Shown piece by piece: positions 1-12,900 of a stretch of 64,000 bases of DNA. The notes under the pieces were generated by a model. It saw only the letters and a program-made list of their open reading frames with translations. It searched no databases and had not been told where the DNA came from. The position numbers and the translations under genes were made by a program. Each line of letters starts with the position of its first letter. Positions within the stretch are counted from its first letter, which is position 1. Origin of the DNA: Perkinsus olseni (lineage: Eukaryota); NCBI GenBank assembly GCA_013115125.1, contig JABANN010000125.1:1-64000 (forward strand). The letters run 5' to 3'.

Positions 1-619
1 ACTCGCTAAATTGCTATCAAAATGGTTTAAACCGAACGAAAAAACATTTTATTTGCTCGGGAAAAGGTGTAGTCAGTCCGGACAAAGGCTTCGAGACGTA
101 ATATTGCATGGAGCCCAACACTACTTACATTTTAGTCGCGGCGTAGCCTGCAAAGATACCAGCTAGGTGTCCAACATACGCCACATTGCTCCCGTATCGT
201 GGAGGGAACCTTCGAGAAAACCTGAAGAAGGTCAGCGAGCTATACGATAGAACTGAGGCACTCCCGAAGTGCTCCTACTGACGATATAGAACAGCAGGAG
301 CTGCGACAAGATGTACTGCAAGGTTGATGTCGGCCAGTTGCATGGAGGAAAGAGTGGCCCCGGGTATCGGGAATAGCATATACCACCACCTATGTATCAT
401 CAAGAGGCAAGTCTTCCGGGAAGACGATGGACACTACTACCTGTTAGGCTCAAGAACAGACAGACTGGCTAAGAGGGCCATGACTCCCGAGCTGGCTCCC
501 ACCAAAGGTGTGGCGCGGTTACGGCATGCGAGGGTCTCTGCCACGGCACCTGCGAATAGCCCCGAGAAGTACCTAGCGAGGGCACAACATCTTGGCCGCC
601 TCCTGTGTCTGCCTTGAGA

Positions 620-2751
620 ACTCTTACACTATTCCAAACTCTTTCTCATTCGCTAGACGGTCGTATAGGGGACGACCGATAAAATAGAGTAGCCAAGTAT
701 TGAAGACGAAGTGGGGGAATGTTATGTGAGAGAAACCTGAATAGTGACGTGCCAAAACATAGCCTGGTCGCCTCGAGTGATACCGTATAGTATGCTCTGA
801 TGCCAACGACCTTTGGTCATGATGTCATCCCAGGAGCAAGTGAAGTTATTCATCAGGAATCGGCGTAGGCGCTCGCCTTCCCGTGGGGTCACTCGAAAAC
901 TGAGGGCCGTGCATCTCCACGCTCCGTAGACGACACCTGAGGGAAGCGATGAGAAGACACAGTGGGAAAGGGAAGACGCCCGGCAGCTCACAATTGAGCA
1001 ACACCATGCCGTTGAGGACGGGCCTTTCCATGAACTTATCATGAGCCCCGGAGAAGAAGCCTTTGACAGTCTGAGGTCGACGCCTCTGCCCTGGCCCGTC
1101 TGGTGAGAGAGGCAAGTAATCGGAAATGGGTTAGATGTTCACGAGGCGGCTATGACGGGGACGGCCTCGGCAAAACCCTGTAGGGCAAGATCCAGAGAGA
1201 AATGCATCCCAGGTCGGGTCATCCAGTAGTGATGCCCACCGGACCCTTCATTAGCGATGATTAGCCACTGGAATGCAACACCGACAGCCGCAGACGTGCA
1301 GAAGAATGGAAATGCTCAATTATTGGCGGCTTCAGTTGGAGGCCTCATCTCCTCGCAAAGAATCTCATATGCTGGACTTGGCTGACCGCAGGCCTCCGGG
1401 CTGGATGGGTGCAGTGTGTAACCCAACTTAGTCTTGTAGAAAGCCAAACCCTCTGGACGATTCTTAAGGCAGGTTAACATGACCTGAAGTAAGTATCCCG
1501 TTTCTCGCTCTGTTATCGCCACTCACTAAGTCGATCCCCAGCTGCGTGGCAACCTCTTCCACCAACTCCATCAGCTCCCTTCCAATGCCTCGTCGTTGGT
1601 AGGAGGACACTACTTGAATTTCATAAACGTAAAGTACCTGAACGACTACAATCCAGAAAAAGCATCACGCAGGTCCATCACCGATTGTTGATCATCATCA
1701 TCCGCTCGCTCAAAACGGAAGTGAACGAACGCCACGAGATCCTCTGCGGTGCGTGAGTCGGTCGCACCTAGAAGGAGACCTCTCTCACCGACCCACCCAG
1801 TAGCAGTTGAGACCTTCCCTCCATCTCAGGAGAAAACGAGAAAGCTTGTGCGACATCTCATCACGCTTGATGTGATCATCCCAATTATCCCATCCAAGTG
1901 CCGCATCATACGACGTCTAAGGCCCAACACTCTCACGAAGGGAACTGACATCGAGGAATGACCAACCTTCATATTATCCCGGGTGATGTCAATGATTCTG
2001 TCCAACAGACCTTTGGGCAGCTTAGCTCCTCGATGGAAGGTTACAGTAGGGCCTAGGGACACCGGCAACTCCTTCAGTTCACGAGCGGCATCGAGGACGT
2101 CTCCTGTGGAGAGGGTTACTGCCTGAAAGGAGCTCCCTATCAATGATGTTGAACCCCATAATAGACGATTGGACGACCTGTTTAACTCAGTGCGACTAGA
2201 GAGTGGTAGTGAGAAGCAATGCTATTCTCTTAGCTTCGCTGCAACGCCAAGACTAGTGAAGGCGGGACACGGAAGTGACCCTCGCGGGAGGTGGTGAGAC
2301 GACCCTTGACAACCGACTCCTCCGGCTAGGGCGAAAGGTTAGGGAAGCCGAACGCACCGAACCCGAGGCCCGCGAATGAGAAGGAGTTCCTACATTCCTT
2401 GAGGTCGGAGCTTTACTGCCCTTCTTGCCGCGGCCCATGAATAAAACAGAGAACAGCAAATGAACCATACACATAATACGTTTTCTCGACGGTTGACTTT
2501 CTCAATCAAGTCTTGGACCCATTCTTCCCTCGGGCCTCGATGTATTGTATTTTCAATCGTTCGTGTGTTCCTCTTGAGAAGGCCCTTCTGAGAAGGGCCC
2601 CCAAGCGGCTCCGGAACACCGATATCCACTGTGACGCCAGGTCCTCGATAGTGTCGTCCGACCCATGAGACAATATCTCCATCGAACTAGGCCTGCTCCC
2701 GAATGCCTACTCTCAAGGGCGCGAGTGGCAGCTGGTGAGTTCGGCGCGCCA
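620..2751 (-). mobile_element. Degenerate Ty3/Gypsy-like LTR retrotransposon (gag/pol remnant), copy 1
   Basis: The minus strand reads VMDLRDAF (RT motif, ~1660-1682), then an RT palm-like segment ending KTKLGYTL (ORF 1316-1522), then an RNase H C-terminal-like RVRWASLLDD (~1115-1310). Many stops and frameshifts. PBS-like TGGCGCGCCGAAC at 2739-2751. Confidence 0.65.
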
Positions 2752-2967
2752 CCCTCTCGATCTCAACTGCGAAGTGGTCGCAGCAACTGACTTCCCGAGG
2801 CAGGAGCGCTGCGCGACACAGCAAGCACAGTCTGATATCGAAAGAGCCCCCCCGACACAGAACGGGACGAAGGTGGCGCTGAATGGACAAGAATGGCTAC
2901 AGAACGGAAGAACTCGACACCCATCTGGCAGCAGAAGCCTGAACTGTGAAAGTGAAAACGATTTCAT

Positions 2968-3013
2968 ATATATGATTACCGATATGATTACCATCATACT
3001 TCATATGATTACC
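2968..3013. repeat. Short direct repeat ATATGATTACC x3
   Basis: Three copies lie between the two retroelement remnants, possibly in an LTR. Confidence 0.75.
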
Positions 3014-3049
3014 CGGTAGGGCCCCATTCAGGGAAGATATCTTCCTCGC

Positions 3050-6000
3050 ATCTTCGCACTGCGATGGTTGCAGTGAGTCTTCAGTACAATAGGAGACTTA
3101 AGGTATGCCCTTGCATTCGAGCTCGCTGGGTACAATGGTCACCAGATACTCGTTAAGTGACTTGTAGTTGCAGAGGGACCTGAGGAAAGTGCGGGGGAAA
3201 CTGGCAACATGCAGTCTCCTCAGGCTTCCCTCTGTTCAACAAGCACACGTTACGAAAGCAACTCACTTGCCACGGCACTCTTCGATGGCCTCGACGGATG
3301 CCACTCTGCCGTTATAAATGAAACGGGTCTGATTGTCGGAGTAAATCTCCATTATGAGCATAGCGCCGAATGGAGGCCAGGTCTTAGCACATTCATTACC
3401 AGAATCCATCCCTGATAATAGAGGGGTACAAAGATCACACCGACGCATCACATCCTCCTACAGGTCAACTGAAGTGTATCCATAACAGAAATCGCTGGGC
3501 CAGTGTCATGACCCATGTACACCGATAAACGTCTCCTGTCTTCCCTCAAATCTTCGAGTAGATCCTGAGGACATGTGCATCGCACACAAGTAATTGCATT
3601 CCGTCAATATCAGGCAGCTGGCCAGCCCAAACGGTCTGTAGCCTACTTCAATGAATGGTCCGTATGCAAGCCTCTGCAGCTTCCTAGTAGCACCATAAGA
3701 GTGGGTCGACCAGTACCTAATTATGGCGTGGAGAAGGGATGCCCGCCTAAACTCAGCCCACTGTCCTACACCGCTTCCATTGCGACACGCTTGAAGTAAG
3801 TAGCGTCAATGTCAAGTCCCCAAGGCACCACCTTGGGCATGCTTGGAACGGTTGGGCATTCGTGACCAGTCACGCAGTCCTGTAGATGTGGCGACCACAG
3901 AAGATCCGGTCGCGAACTTGCAACTCACCAAGAGTGGAACATAAATACCCTCCATACGTCTCGTATCATTCGTACGGAAATCATGACCAGTAATAGGTCC
4001 TAGAAAATTGCGGAGTGCGGAGCCTCGGGCTGCCCGCTCCGCAGCTTCAGAAGAGTCCAGAAAGTCATCAAGAGCATCGTCCAGGCGAGGGCAAATCTGA
4101 GAGGAAGCAACTGCTATGGTTGAGCCGCACACACGAGCGCTTCATATAATCTAATACCCGGCGCGATGACACTTCTGCGGATACTCACCTTGTCGCTTGG
4201 TAGCATGGTTTCCCTGTCGCTATCAGGGACAAGCATCTCCAGGTTCGACGGATCCACTGAGGAGATGAACTCCTACGGCCGCATAAATCTGTTATGTCTC
4301 ACCATTGACGCTCTTTGGGAACATCCCCATGGCGAGGGCTTCAGCGCTTTGATAAACTCGCGGGACCTCAGTCGAACGAAACATGACCTCGGGCTCCTTT
4401 GGGATCTGATAGACGGACAGAGGCGATACAGAGTTTGCGAGTAGACGAGGAGAGTGAGGAGGTAGTTGAAGAAGACGCACATCAGGCAAACCCAAGGCGG
4501 CTTTGTAAGCCACGCCGAGCTGCTTCCCATTAGCCAAGTGCATCTCAATGCCAGAGTCCACGAGTTGGCCTGAGGAGGAAGGCTTGCTACCCAAGGGAGG
4601 GCTGTAGGAAGAAGTATAACCAACCCAAGACGCAGCTGCCTCCCGCCAGCACGCCCCTCTTGCCAACAATCCGAGTAAAGCCAGGGGAGCGGCGCCCGGA
4701 GGGACTGTTAGTGAAGCCCTGAAAGGTTCGAGTCGAGCAGTTGTACCTGAATGAGCCAGAGGACCCACTGGCAGTCCCCCTAGATACCATATCCCCGGAC
4801 CCTACTTTGTCTCATCATAGGTCCAGCAATTATCACGTACAGGCACACGAGCGCCATGACGAGCGAAGACGAGAAGCCGTTCCTAGACAGAAGGCAGGTA
4901 GTTGAAGGCGGAGGAATCCTATCCGAAGCCGAGGACCTTACCAGTTGCGCATTCGACTCGTCCTCCCGTGGGGGAGCATCGTCCCACTTGATTCCGGAGT
5001 GGCAGTAATAAGAAGGCTTTTCTTCGGGAAATTCGCCATCGGTGACAGTTGCAGCTCCGAACAGGATCAGCACTAGTGCTCTCATTCAAAGTTGAAATCC
5101 CGAAGGACTCTTGGAGTTGTAAGGTAAATAATCGGAAATGGGTTGAATGTTCACGAGGCGGCTATGAAGGGAAGGCCTCGGCAGAACCCTGTAAGACAAG
5201 AGAATGCATCCTTGGTCAGGTCATGCAGCAGTAATGCCCATCGGACCCTCTATTACTGATTACCAGCCACTGGAATACAACACCGGCTGCCGCAGAGGTG
5301 CGGAACGAAAGTGACATATTCGTACACCAAGAGTGGCTCCTGTTGCCAGCTAGGCGGTGTACCCCGGTGTGGCCCATCGCCCATTCCGGAGTAGAGCGCG
5401 GGAGAGACCAGGGCTCCCGGTCCAGCAGCCTGTACTCGGCGAGTACACGTCAGCATCACCGGTAACAGGAGATTCCATCGATAACAAGTAATGTTGAGGC
5501 AGGACGAGGATCCACGGCTGAGCTTCGGGTAAGTTCATTTGAGGCCTATTTGATTTATCGAGTCGTGAATGAGTTGGCGATCATAGCTTCACAACAACTG
5601 CTTCTGGGCTGTATCCTACGCTGATCCTCGGGCGTTGGGTGGAACCAGGTGGACTTTCGATACCGAATTTTTAATGCTGATTCTGACTCATGACAATCAT
5701 GCTTTCAATTGTTCATTCTCACAGATCAGTATATCGCTAACCAACTGCAATGCGTTCCGTGCGGCAGATAGTATATCCCAACAGCCCCTCCCTCATCATA
5801 CCACATCGCCTTCAACTCACATTACCCTCGTTAGCATATCATCCACTTCTCAGCACAGCACAAGGAGGGAAGAATTAAATTGCATTGAAGGCATTGGTCA
5901 ATGGCATGCATCTAACTGGCTTGAGCTAAGGACTTCGCAACTTCAACACCGGATATTCCATCACGGAAACAGTGGCATTGATGGCATGCTATGCGTCTCA

Positions 6001-6525
6001 TCATCGAGCACGATCTGGGTCGTAGCCGTACTTTAGCAGCCAGCCTTCCCTTAGAGCTTGATGGAACCCAAACCGACTCATCCGCGTGTATCTCGCGAGA
6101 AGAGGTCGAAGCTTGACGTATCCACACCAGGAAGATACCTTTTCACTTCGTTCGCATGACCGACTTGAATGTCCCGATTTCTGATCCTGTTTTTCCCGAC
6201 CATCTTATTAGCATCGATTCGACCAAAGACCCCTAGGTTCTCATAAACCACTTTGTAGACTCTAGTGTTAACCTGATTGACTTGAGCATTATTACCAAGC
6301 AAGAAACGACGGTGCCAGGGGGTTGCCTCAGAGTCCTTGAAGGCTAGCCTCGCCATGTGATCTCGAAGATTCCTCCTGCGAAAGGTAGGCAGGCCGAGAG
6401 GGGCTGCTTGAAGTGTTGGGCCGGGGTTACGAGCTGCCATTGCTACCTAGGCGGAGAAAGGCAGAGAAGCGCGCATACTCCGCGAGAGGATTGACAAAGT
6501 CAGCGTCACCGCGCCACGAAATTGA
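3050..6525 (-). mobile_element. Degenerate Ty3/Gypsy-like LTR retrotransposon, copy 2 (RT-RNaseH-integrase order)
   Basis: PBS-like TGGCGCGGTGACG at 6504-6516 just upstream of ORF 6440-6078. RT-like LLGYTI at ~5770-5785, RNase H-like RVRWALLLHDL at ~5128-5310 (DNA similar to 1115-1310), and integrase-like W..FG...IYSDNQTRF in ORF 3263-3451. Fragmented by stops and deletions. Confidence 0.65.
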
Positions 6526-7892
6526 CACACTTTGTGCACAAAGTGAGTGGTGCGAATAGTGGGACATCTTTCATGGAACCTTGACGGCTTTCATGGGTTA
6601 ACGTGACCGACGGCGACGTTATCAATTCAGTTTAGCTTAGCTATCAGTAATAGTTTAGATTCTAAAGTCAGGGAACGCTTGGTAGTGCTAGCTCGTCTAT
6701 AAGCGGTTTCATTACCAACTTCGCATCACTCCGCACTACTCGAGTACAGGAGTGTTAGTTCTTGCTTCCCGTCATGCTGAATCTGAGCAAGACTGCTCTG
6801 GCCGCATCGATTCGCCTACAGGCGACTCCCCCTTCAGGAGCAGCCCTTGAAGCTTGCAGACGTCTAGTGGACCAGCCGGGGACCATCGTACTGCCGCTTT
6901 CTTGCTCATGCCTAAAGCCTCTCTGATCAGATTGATCGGTCTCCTAGCTCGCCTCTGCAGACTATGAGGCAGGCATTGTTGGTATCGGGCCAATTCAAAC
7001 CCCGTGACGCTAACGAGACTCGTAAGTTGAAGAATCTGTCTCGTCAGCCTATCATCAGAAGCTTAAGGTTCATTCGTGTCTGACTTGATCGAGGTCGAAG
7101 ATATGCTCAGCTTCGCAGGGATGAGGGCATTCGTAAGGCCATAGCTCAATACGGGCAGCTTCTGTTTCACTCGTCGCCTGTCAGATGCCTCCCCAGTCAC
7201 AGAGTCTGGTCAAGCTTGCCAGGATGGATGCTTGTAGGCATCGTGATTGCCGTAAGGAAGTTCAGATAGTACGAGTAAGGTTGATCGTGTTCTACTCCGA
7301 CGAGTAGTAGAGCATCCTCTCCTAGGCATTGGGGGATATCGGCATGCCGGCAGAAGTTGTCTACACGTCCCCTAGACTTAGCCATATCAGAGTGAGGTGG
7401 ATGAAGGGGGCCCTCGCCATCCCTCATGAAGGCTGTGATGTGAGATGGGAGAGCGCCAACGATGATGACGATTACAACGCTGCACATTCAGGAAGAGAGT
7501 CTTCAACGATACGCTAGAAGGATAGCAGAGACTGAGGTTTGCAAGGTGGCGATCCTGGACAAATGGGGTACGTGGTGGTAGGCATGTGGCCCATGAGGGA
7601 TTCCTTCCTCTGCAGATACGACCGACAATCAGAAGCATTACCTGAAGAAGGCTCTCGTTGCGTTACAGCGGGCTGGGCCTGTGAAGAGGCCTGCTAGAAT
7701 TCGACAGACGCTTTGAGCGGGGATGCACGTGCGCGTGATTTTTTAATGGTTTCATCGCTCATTTGTCTTGAGTTATTCATACAGTAGCCGCTGCTGGCTG
7801 ATGAGGGGATCCGGTATGAGGCTATCATGGGCGAGTTACGGAAGGAGTGGTATCAGCACGTCGTCCACAGGCCTGTACCATCCTTGTTGTCA

Positions 7893-9509
7893 ATGGCTGA
7901 CATTCGACCCGACGGCCCCCCTAGGGAGGGCGTTAGAGGTGGATTGGAACAGTTCAAGTGGGATGATATCAAGAACATCAGCTATAAGGACAGGGAGCAG
8001 TATCTCGGGTAGTATGGGGTGCAGGGTAGTAGTATTCAAGCTCGACTCGCGTCGTGGACAAGGGCAATGCAAGCACCTTTGTCATCTGTAGCGTAGTACA
8101 GATGTACTTGATGAATGCCCTGGGCAAATAGTGGGGTTTTTGAAGGAGCTGTTCAAGTAGAGGAGTCTAACCTTGAGGGTGTTCGGTTCCTATCGTACCA
8201 AAAACTGTCCAATCATAGATACTCTACGAGGTTGGGCCAGCTGGGCAAGTTCGGTAGATGGAACCGGAATGATTGGTGGCGGACTGAACGGAAGGGAGCG
8301 AAGCAGATCGAGGTAACCCCTGGATGACTGATGGTATTATCTAGGGCTTCGGGTTCTGGGTTACTAAACCAAAAGAGAACCATATACGACTCGTCCTCCT
8401 CAGGATGAGAGGTCCTCTATCCAGCAGTATGAGAACGAGATAATGCTGGAAGCTCTTGGTCAGAAGCCTAAGCGCCTGTTGTTGATGCGGTAAGATGCCG
8501 TGGTGGGCTGAGGCTGTCCAACGATGGTGCTTCAGGAGCGACAACATGACTCCGGAACAGCTGGCAGCGATTGCTAGAGGGGACGACCCTGACAAGCCTA
8601 AGGATGCTGATGGTATGGGAAGCTCATCTGTTGTGTTGTAGAGTCCAGCGGGGTGTCGTAGGTAATGTGAAGGATGAGAATGCAGCAGGGCCGGGAGACG
8701 ATGACTATGAGACACAGAGGCTTATAGAGGAAGCCAACTCGAAGAAGGGTATGGGGTACAACCCTTATGCGAAGCAGGCTGACCGATTGTAAGATGGGCT
8801 TCGGTGGATGGATGTTGATTAGGGTGTGGTAGGTACGGCAAGTCTAGTACGACGGTCCTTGGAGAGGACGGGGTCACTCGGGATGTAGTGAAGTTGGACG
8901 ACGATGATAATGTGAAGAAGGAAGTGGATGACGAGGAAGCAGAGGAGAACAGGGAGGAGTGGTACGGTAAAATAGATTGCCTCGGAGACTTATAGTTTAC
9001 ACTTAGGGAGTATCGACCGCCATCGCGGAGGGTGTTGGGGCCGGTCATGCCGGGCAGGGAAGGTGTGAAGGAAGAGGAGCTCGAGGAGGAGGAGGAGGAG
9101 GAGGACCCAAGGGACGCGAAAGCTCGGCGGAAGGCGGAGAAAAAGCTTACTAAGAAGATCAAGAGGGACAAGAGGAGAGCAGAGAAGGAGAAAAGGAGGG
9201 AGCATAGGAAGAGGTAGTGCAGAGTGTGTGGAAGTGGAGGACCAACGTTGGCAGCGCTGCAGGTCTGAGAGCAGGGAGCGATCGAGACGACGAGCATCGT
9301 CGAGGTCACGATCTCCTCAGAGGAGGTCTCAGCATGAGAGGAGGAGGGGTAATAGTGAACCGGGTGAAGGGGAGAAGCTGCTGGTCGTTAAACTGAGCTC
9401 TCAACTCCTTACGGATGATGGAGGCAAGGTGTTGGTCATTCGTCTGAGTCTCAACTCTCGATCCGAGCAATTGGACATTAATAACAGCGGGGAATTAGTA
9501 GGAGCTTAG
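7893..9509 (+). CDS. MMTAG2-like (multiple myeloma tumor-associated protein 2 domain) protein with charged/RS-rich C-terminus, multi-exon
   Basis: Exon 1 GVRGGLEQFKWDDIKNISYKDREQYLG plus exon 2 GKFGRWNRNDWW match the MMTAG2 N-terminal motif (GVRGG..QF.WEDVK..K.RENYLG...GRW). Lys/Glu-rich and RSRSP tail. The 3' end is uncertain. Confidence 0.75.
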
Positions 9510-9928
9510 TGCATTTATTCACTTGAAGATTGGAATTAGTACGGCAGGCGCCGTTCAGCTCCCACGGCATTTCTCCCCTGTTTTGGGAACCGCTGCGAAC
9601 TTGAATGAATTTGGCGAGTTGGCAATTTTGTGGTGAAGTCGTGTCTTTGATTTTCCGGCTTTTGAGCTCGCTCGGTAGAAGAATCTATTCTTCTCAGATT
9701 CCCCTCAAGGACGGGATAGCACTGATCGGCATTACCATCATCATCATCGACATCATCGTAGTGATAGGGATTATGACAGTAGAGATCGTCGTTAGTTACG
9801 GTTGTTGCCGGTGCTGCGTTAACTCTCCTCAGCGATGCCTCATCCACTGCAACATTATGACGACGAAGATGCTGTATTGTGTGGTAGTCGTCGGTCAATT
9901 CATTTGGGTAGTTACCGTCCCGTGCACC

Positions 9929-12900
9929 ATGTCTGAGAGAATTAGGTCAAGGGACCCACTCCGAAGCCCTACACCATCCTCCTACTCTCCCTTGCCTAAG
10001 CAGCCGCGGGAGGCCTCGCCTACAGTCAATAGGGACGAGGAGAACTCGTTGATCTGGGCTAACTGTTCGACATCGGCAGTAGGACAGGACGTGATAGCTG
10101 AGGCTGGAGCGGACGGAGAGTCTCTGAGCTTCGGCTGTCTGCAGGGGTACATACCGTCGCCGATTACTGAGGCTGACTCGGGGGTCGGTGAGGAGTGTGT
10201 GGCGAAGGCGGTCGAGGGGGTGGAAGTGTCTCGGGGGAGTCTGGACAGCGGGGAGGAGGCAGAGATGGTTGGTGCGGCTGACGAATCTTCTGTGAGGGAG
10301 GCAGGGGACGAGGAAAGTGAGATGGACAGCGACGAGGACTCGCAGGAGGGCGATAGGGAGGGAGAGAATCAAAGCGATGGAGAGGATGAGGATGAGTACG
10401 ATGATGATGACGAGGAGGAGGAGAAGGGGGATTCCCAAGCTGGGGAGCACCAGGTTGAGGAGGAAGATGCGGACACTCCAGGAGAAGTGGAGGAGAACTG
10501 GCCTGAGGACGAGGAGGAGAACGAGGATGATTCAGAGAGGGCTGAGGATGATGATGATGGCGAGTGGGTTGAGGAGGATGTTGTAGGGAGGGCTGAGGGC
10601 GATAAGGAGGAAGCTGAAGATGGAGTTGAGGAGTGGCGACCTGGAGGGCAGGGTGTGGTAGTCCTTGGTGGGGAACATGATGAGGAAGGTGAGGATTTGG
10701 ATACTGTTGTGTTGCCTGAGGGGCACCAGGCCGGAGGAAGGCAGGATACAGACCCTCTGCATGTTACCGACGTTGATGACATGACCCCTGCGGACAGCAC
10801 ACAAGGTGGAAGGGAGAGGGTACGCGTATCGTTCGGATCATTATCTTCGCTCAGAGACCGTTAAAATGACAGAACTGGAGCGGCCGGAAGCCCCCTTCCC
10901 AAGGAACGCTGCCGAGGCCCGACTGCTGTTAGAGAAGCTCACAGAGGAAGGGAGTGGCCTATCCGGTATGGCCTGTTGCCCAGACTTATCCGGTCAGGCG
11001 GCCCATCGGGCTCCTATCAGTTTCTACGCCATTCCTGCACTCCTTCATCGACCACTTCATCACCGCTCTGCCTGAGGACATCTGTTCATCCATCACGGAG
11101 GTCAAGACTTACAGTAACCTCCAGGAGATGGCGATGGTCGGTGTTGCCTCCCTCCCTCCCTCCTGTCAGCCTCCCGTGCTGCACAGTGTGTGTAGGTTAT
11201 TCGGCACACTCTACGAGAGCTGCAGAGGAGGAGGGAGGCCATACCTGCTACTTTCGATATCCTCAAGGCTGAGGTTGAACTCTCTGACGAGCTCAGGAGG
11301 ATGTGTACCTTCATACAGACTGGTGAGCTCGACTCAAGGGAACTGGTCGGGAGATGACGCGCTAGATGATGGGTCAGAGGAGCAGCAGCTCACTCTGGAG
11401 CACTGGGGGAAGTTCCGACGATTGTCCACTCCCTCGGTCTGCCGGAATCTGGCTAAGTCCGGTCGGTTGCGGAAGTTGGTCCAGGTAGGACGAGTCTCGG
11501 CATCATCCAGTTCCATAGAAGCAGTAGTAGGTGACCTGTCGTCATGCCCGAGAGCTGTCGAGAGACCAGTGGGTGGAGCTGTGCTTGCTGCTTGAAATTA
11601 ATGAGGCTAACCTTGAAAGTGAGTACCCCTCCTTCCATCCTAATGACCACCCTACCGTTGCCGTCAGAGGTGGGAGAGGTTCTGGTACCATGGGTCAAGC
11701 ACTTCGTCGTGCCGTACGTCGGCAACCTCAGTGGCGGACTGGGTACGGTAGCAGCCGTCGCTGATCATCTCAAGGCTTTGGTGGAGTGGGCTACAACTGC
11801 TGCTCTCGACAACGCTGTAGACTCGACGGTAAGGTGGATGAATAGTCCTTGCTGGTGCTTGGTGATTCGCTACGCTAGGCCGGGTATGCATTCGCGGTGG
11901 ACCTGTTGGGAGGTGTTATCTCCTCGGTTCAGAAGGCAGTTGCTCTGCCGGACGTCGAGGTTCCCCTTAGTCGAACTCCACTGCATTGGGTAGGCTGCCC
12001 TTCTTTTCTGTGGGTGTGGCATCTCCCGTTAGGCGGCACTTGGGCATTTGAGGGGTCTCATGGACAAGACCACCTTCCTGTGTGATGCAGAGAAGCTGCT
12101 TAAACGACTCGATCTGTGCTTGGAAGTTCGACAGTCCTTCGGCATTCCGGTGGGTCCTGAGTTGAGGCGACTCACGGTGTATGCTGACTGTCACAGGTTA
12201 ACCTGAGCGACATACCGGAGGATGCAAAGCTGAGAAGGGAATGGTTTGGCCGTGCGGGGCTGGAGCTTCTGAAACGAGTCCCCACCGAGCAGATAAGGTG
12301 AGTCCATGGTGCCATTGCCACTGCCGCTGCTGCTGTTACTAGTGCTGGTCAGGTCCATCGTGGAGGAATCTCTCTATCCTTTAGGCCAGCGTATGGATTT
12401 GGATTGCCCTATAGAAGAGGCTGTCACTAACATCCTGGCTAGGTAGCGGCGCCCTCCATCGGTACCCCTCTCTCCGTGATGTCAGCAGATACGCAGCGCG
12501 TGACCTGGCAGAGGACTCGGTGGATCAGACGGCCCCGGCCGACTTCGCCAGAGTGATGGCAGTCTTCGTGTGCATGCGTACGGATTCTAGTCGTGCTCGG
12601 TAAGGCGGTGGTCGGTGGTCGTATGGCAGCTCCCCCCTCTAGGATACTCCCTCATCTGGTGTGGATAGCAGTTCGCTGCGCTGCCTCGGACGCGGTGGAC
12701 GATGGTGCTGCCGCCTCTTCTGAGTTGGGGGAGGCGGAGCGGATGTGAGTCCTCGTCATGGGTATGATCATTGGACAGAGCGGGTCGTGCGTTGCAAGTG
12801 ACCGCTTCCGCAATTCAATTTCTCGTACGTGCAGGAGGTTGTCGCTTTACGCGTCATACCAGCTGCTGCCGTAGTCCTTTATGTTCATTACGATGCTTCG

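Noticed and set aside
6770-7700. Third retroelement fragment (LNTGSF, protease-like) on the plus strand
   Set aside because: The motif lacks the catalytic Asp and the frames are too broken to support a call.
9605-9928. Hydrophobic N-terminal 108 aa of ORF 9605-10864 as a transmembrane domain
   Set aside because: It arises from an (ATC)-rich tract upstream of a more plausible ATG at 9929 and is probably untranslated.
8722-10804. Long minus-strand Ser/Leu-rich ORFs (8722-9309, 9947-10450, 10369-10800)
   Set aside because: These are antisense shadows of Glu/Asp/Lys-rich plus-strand exons.
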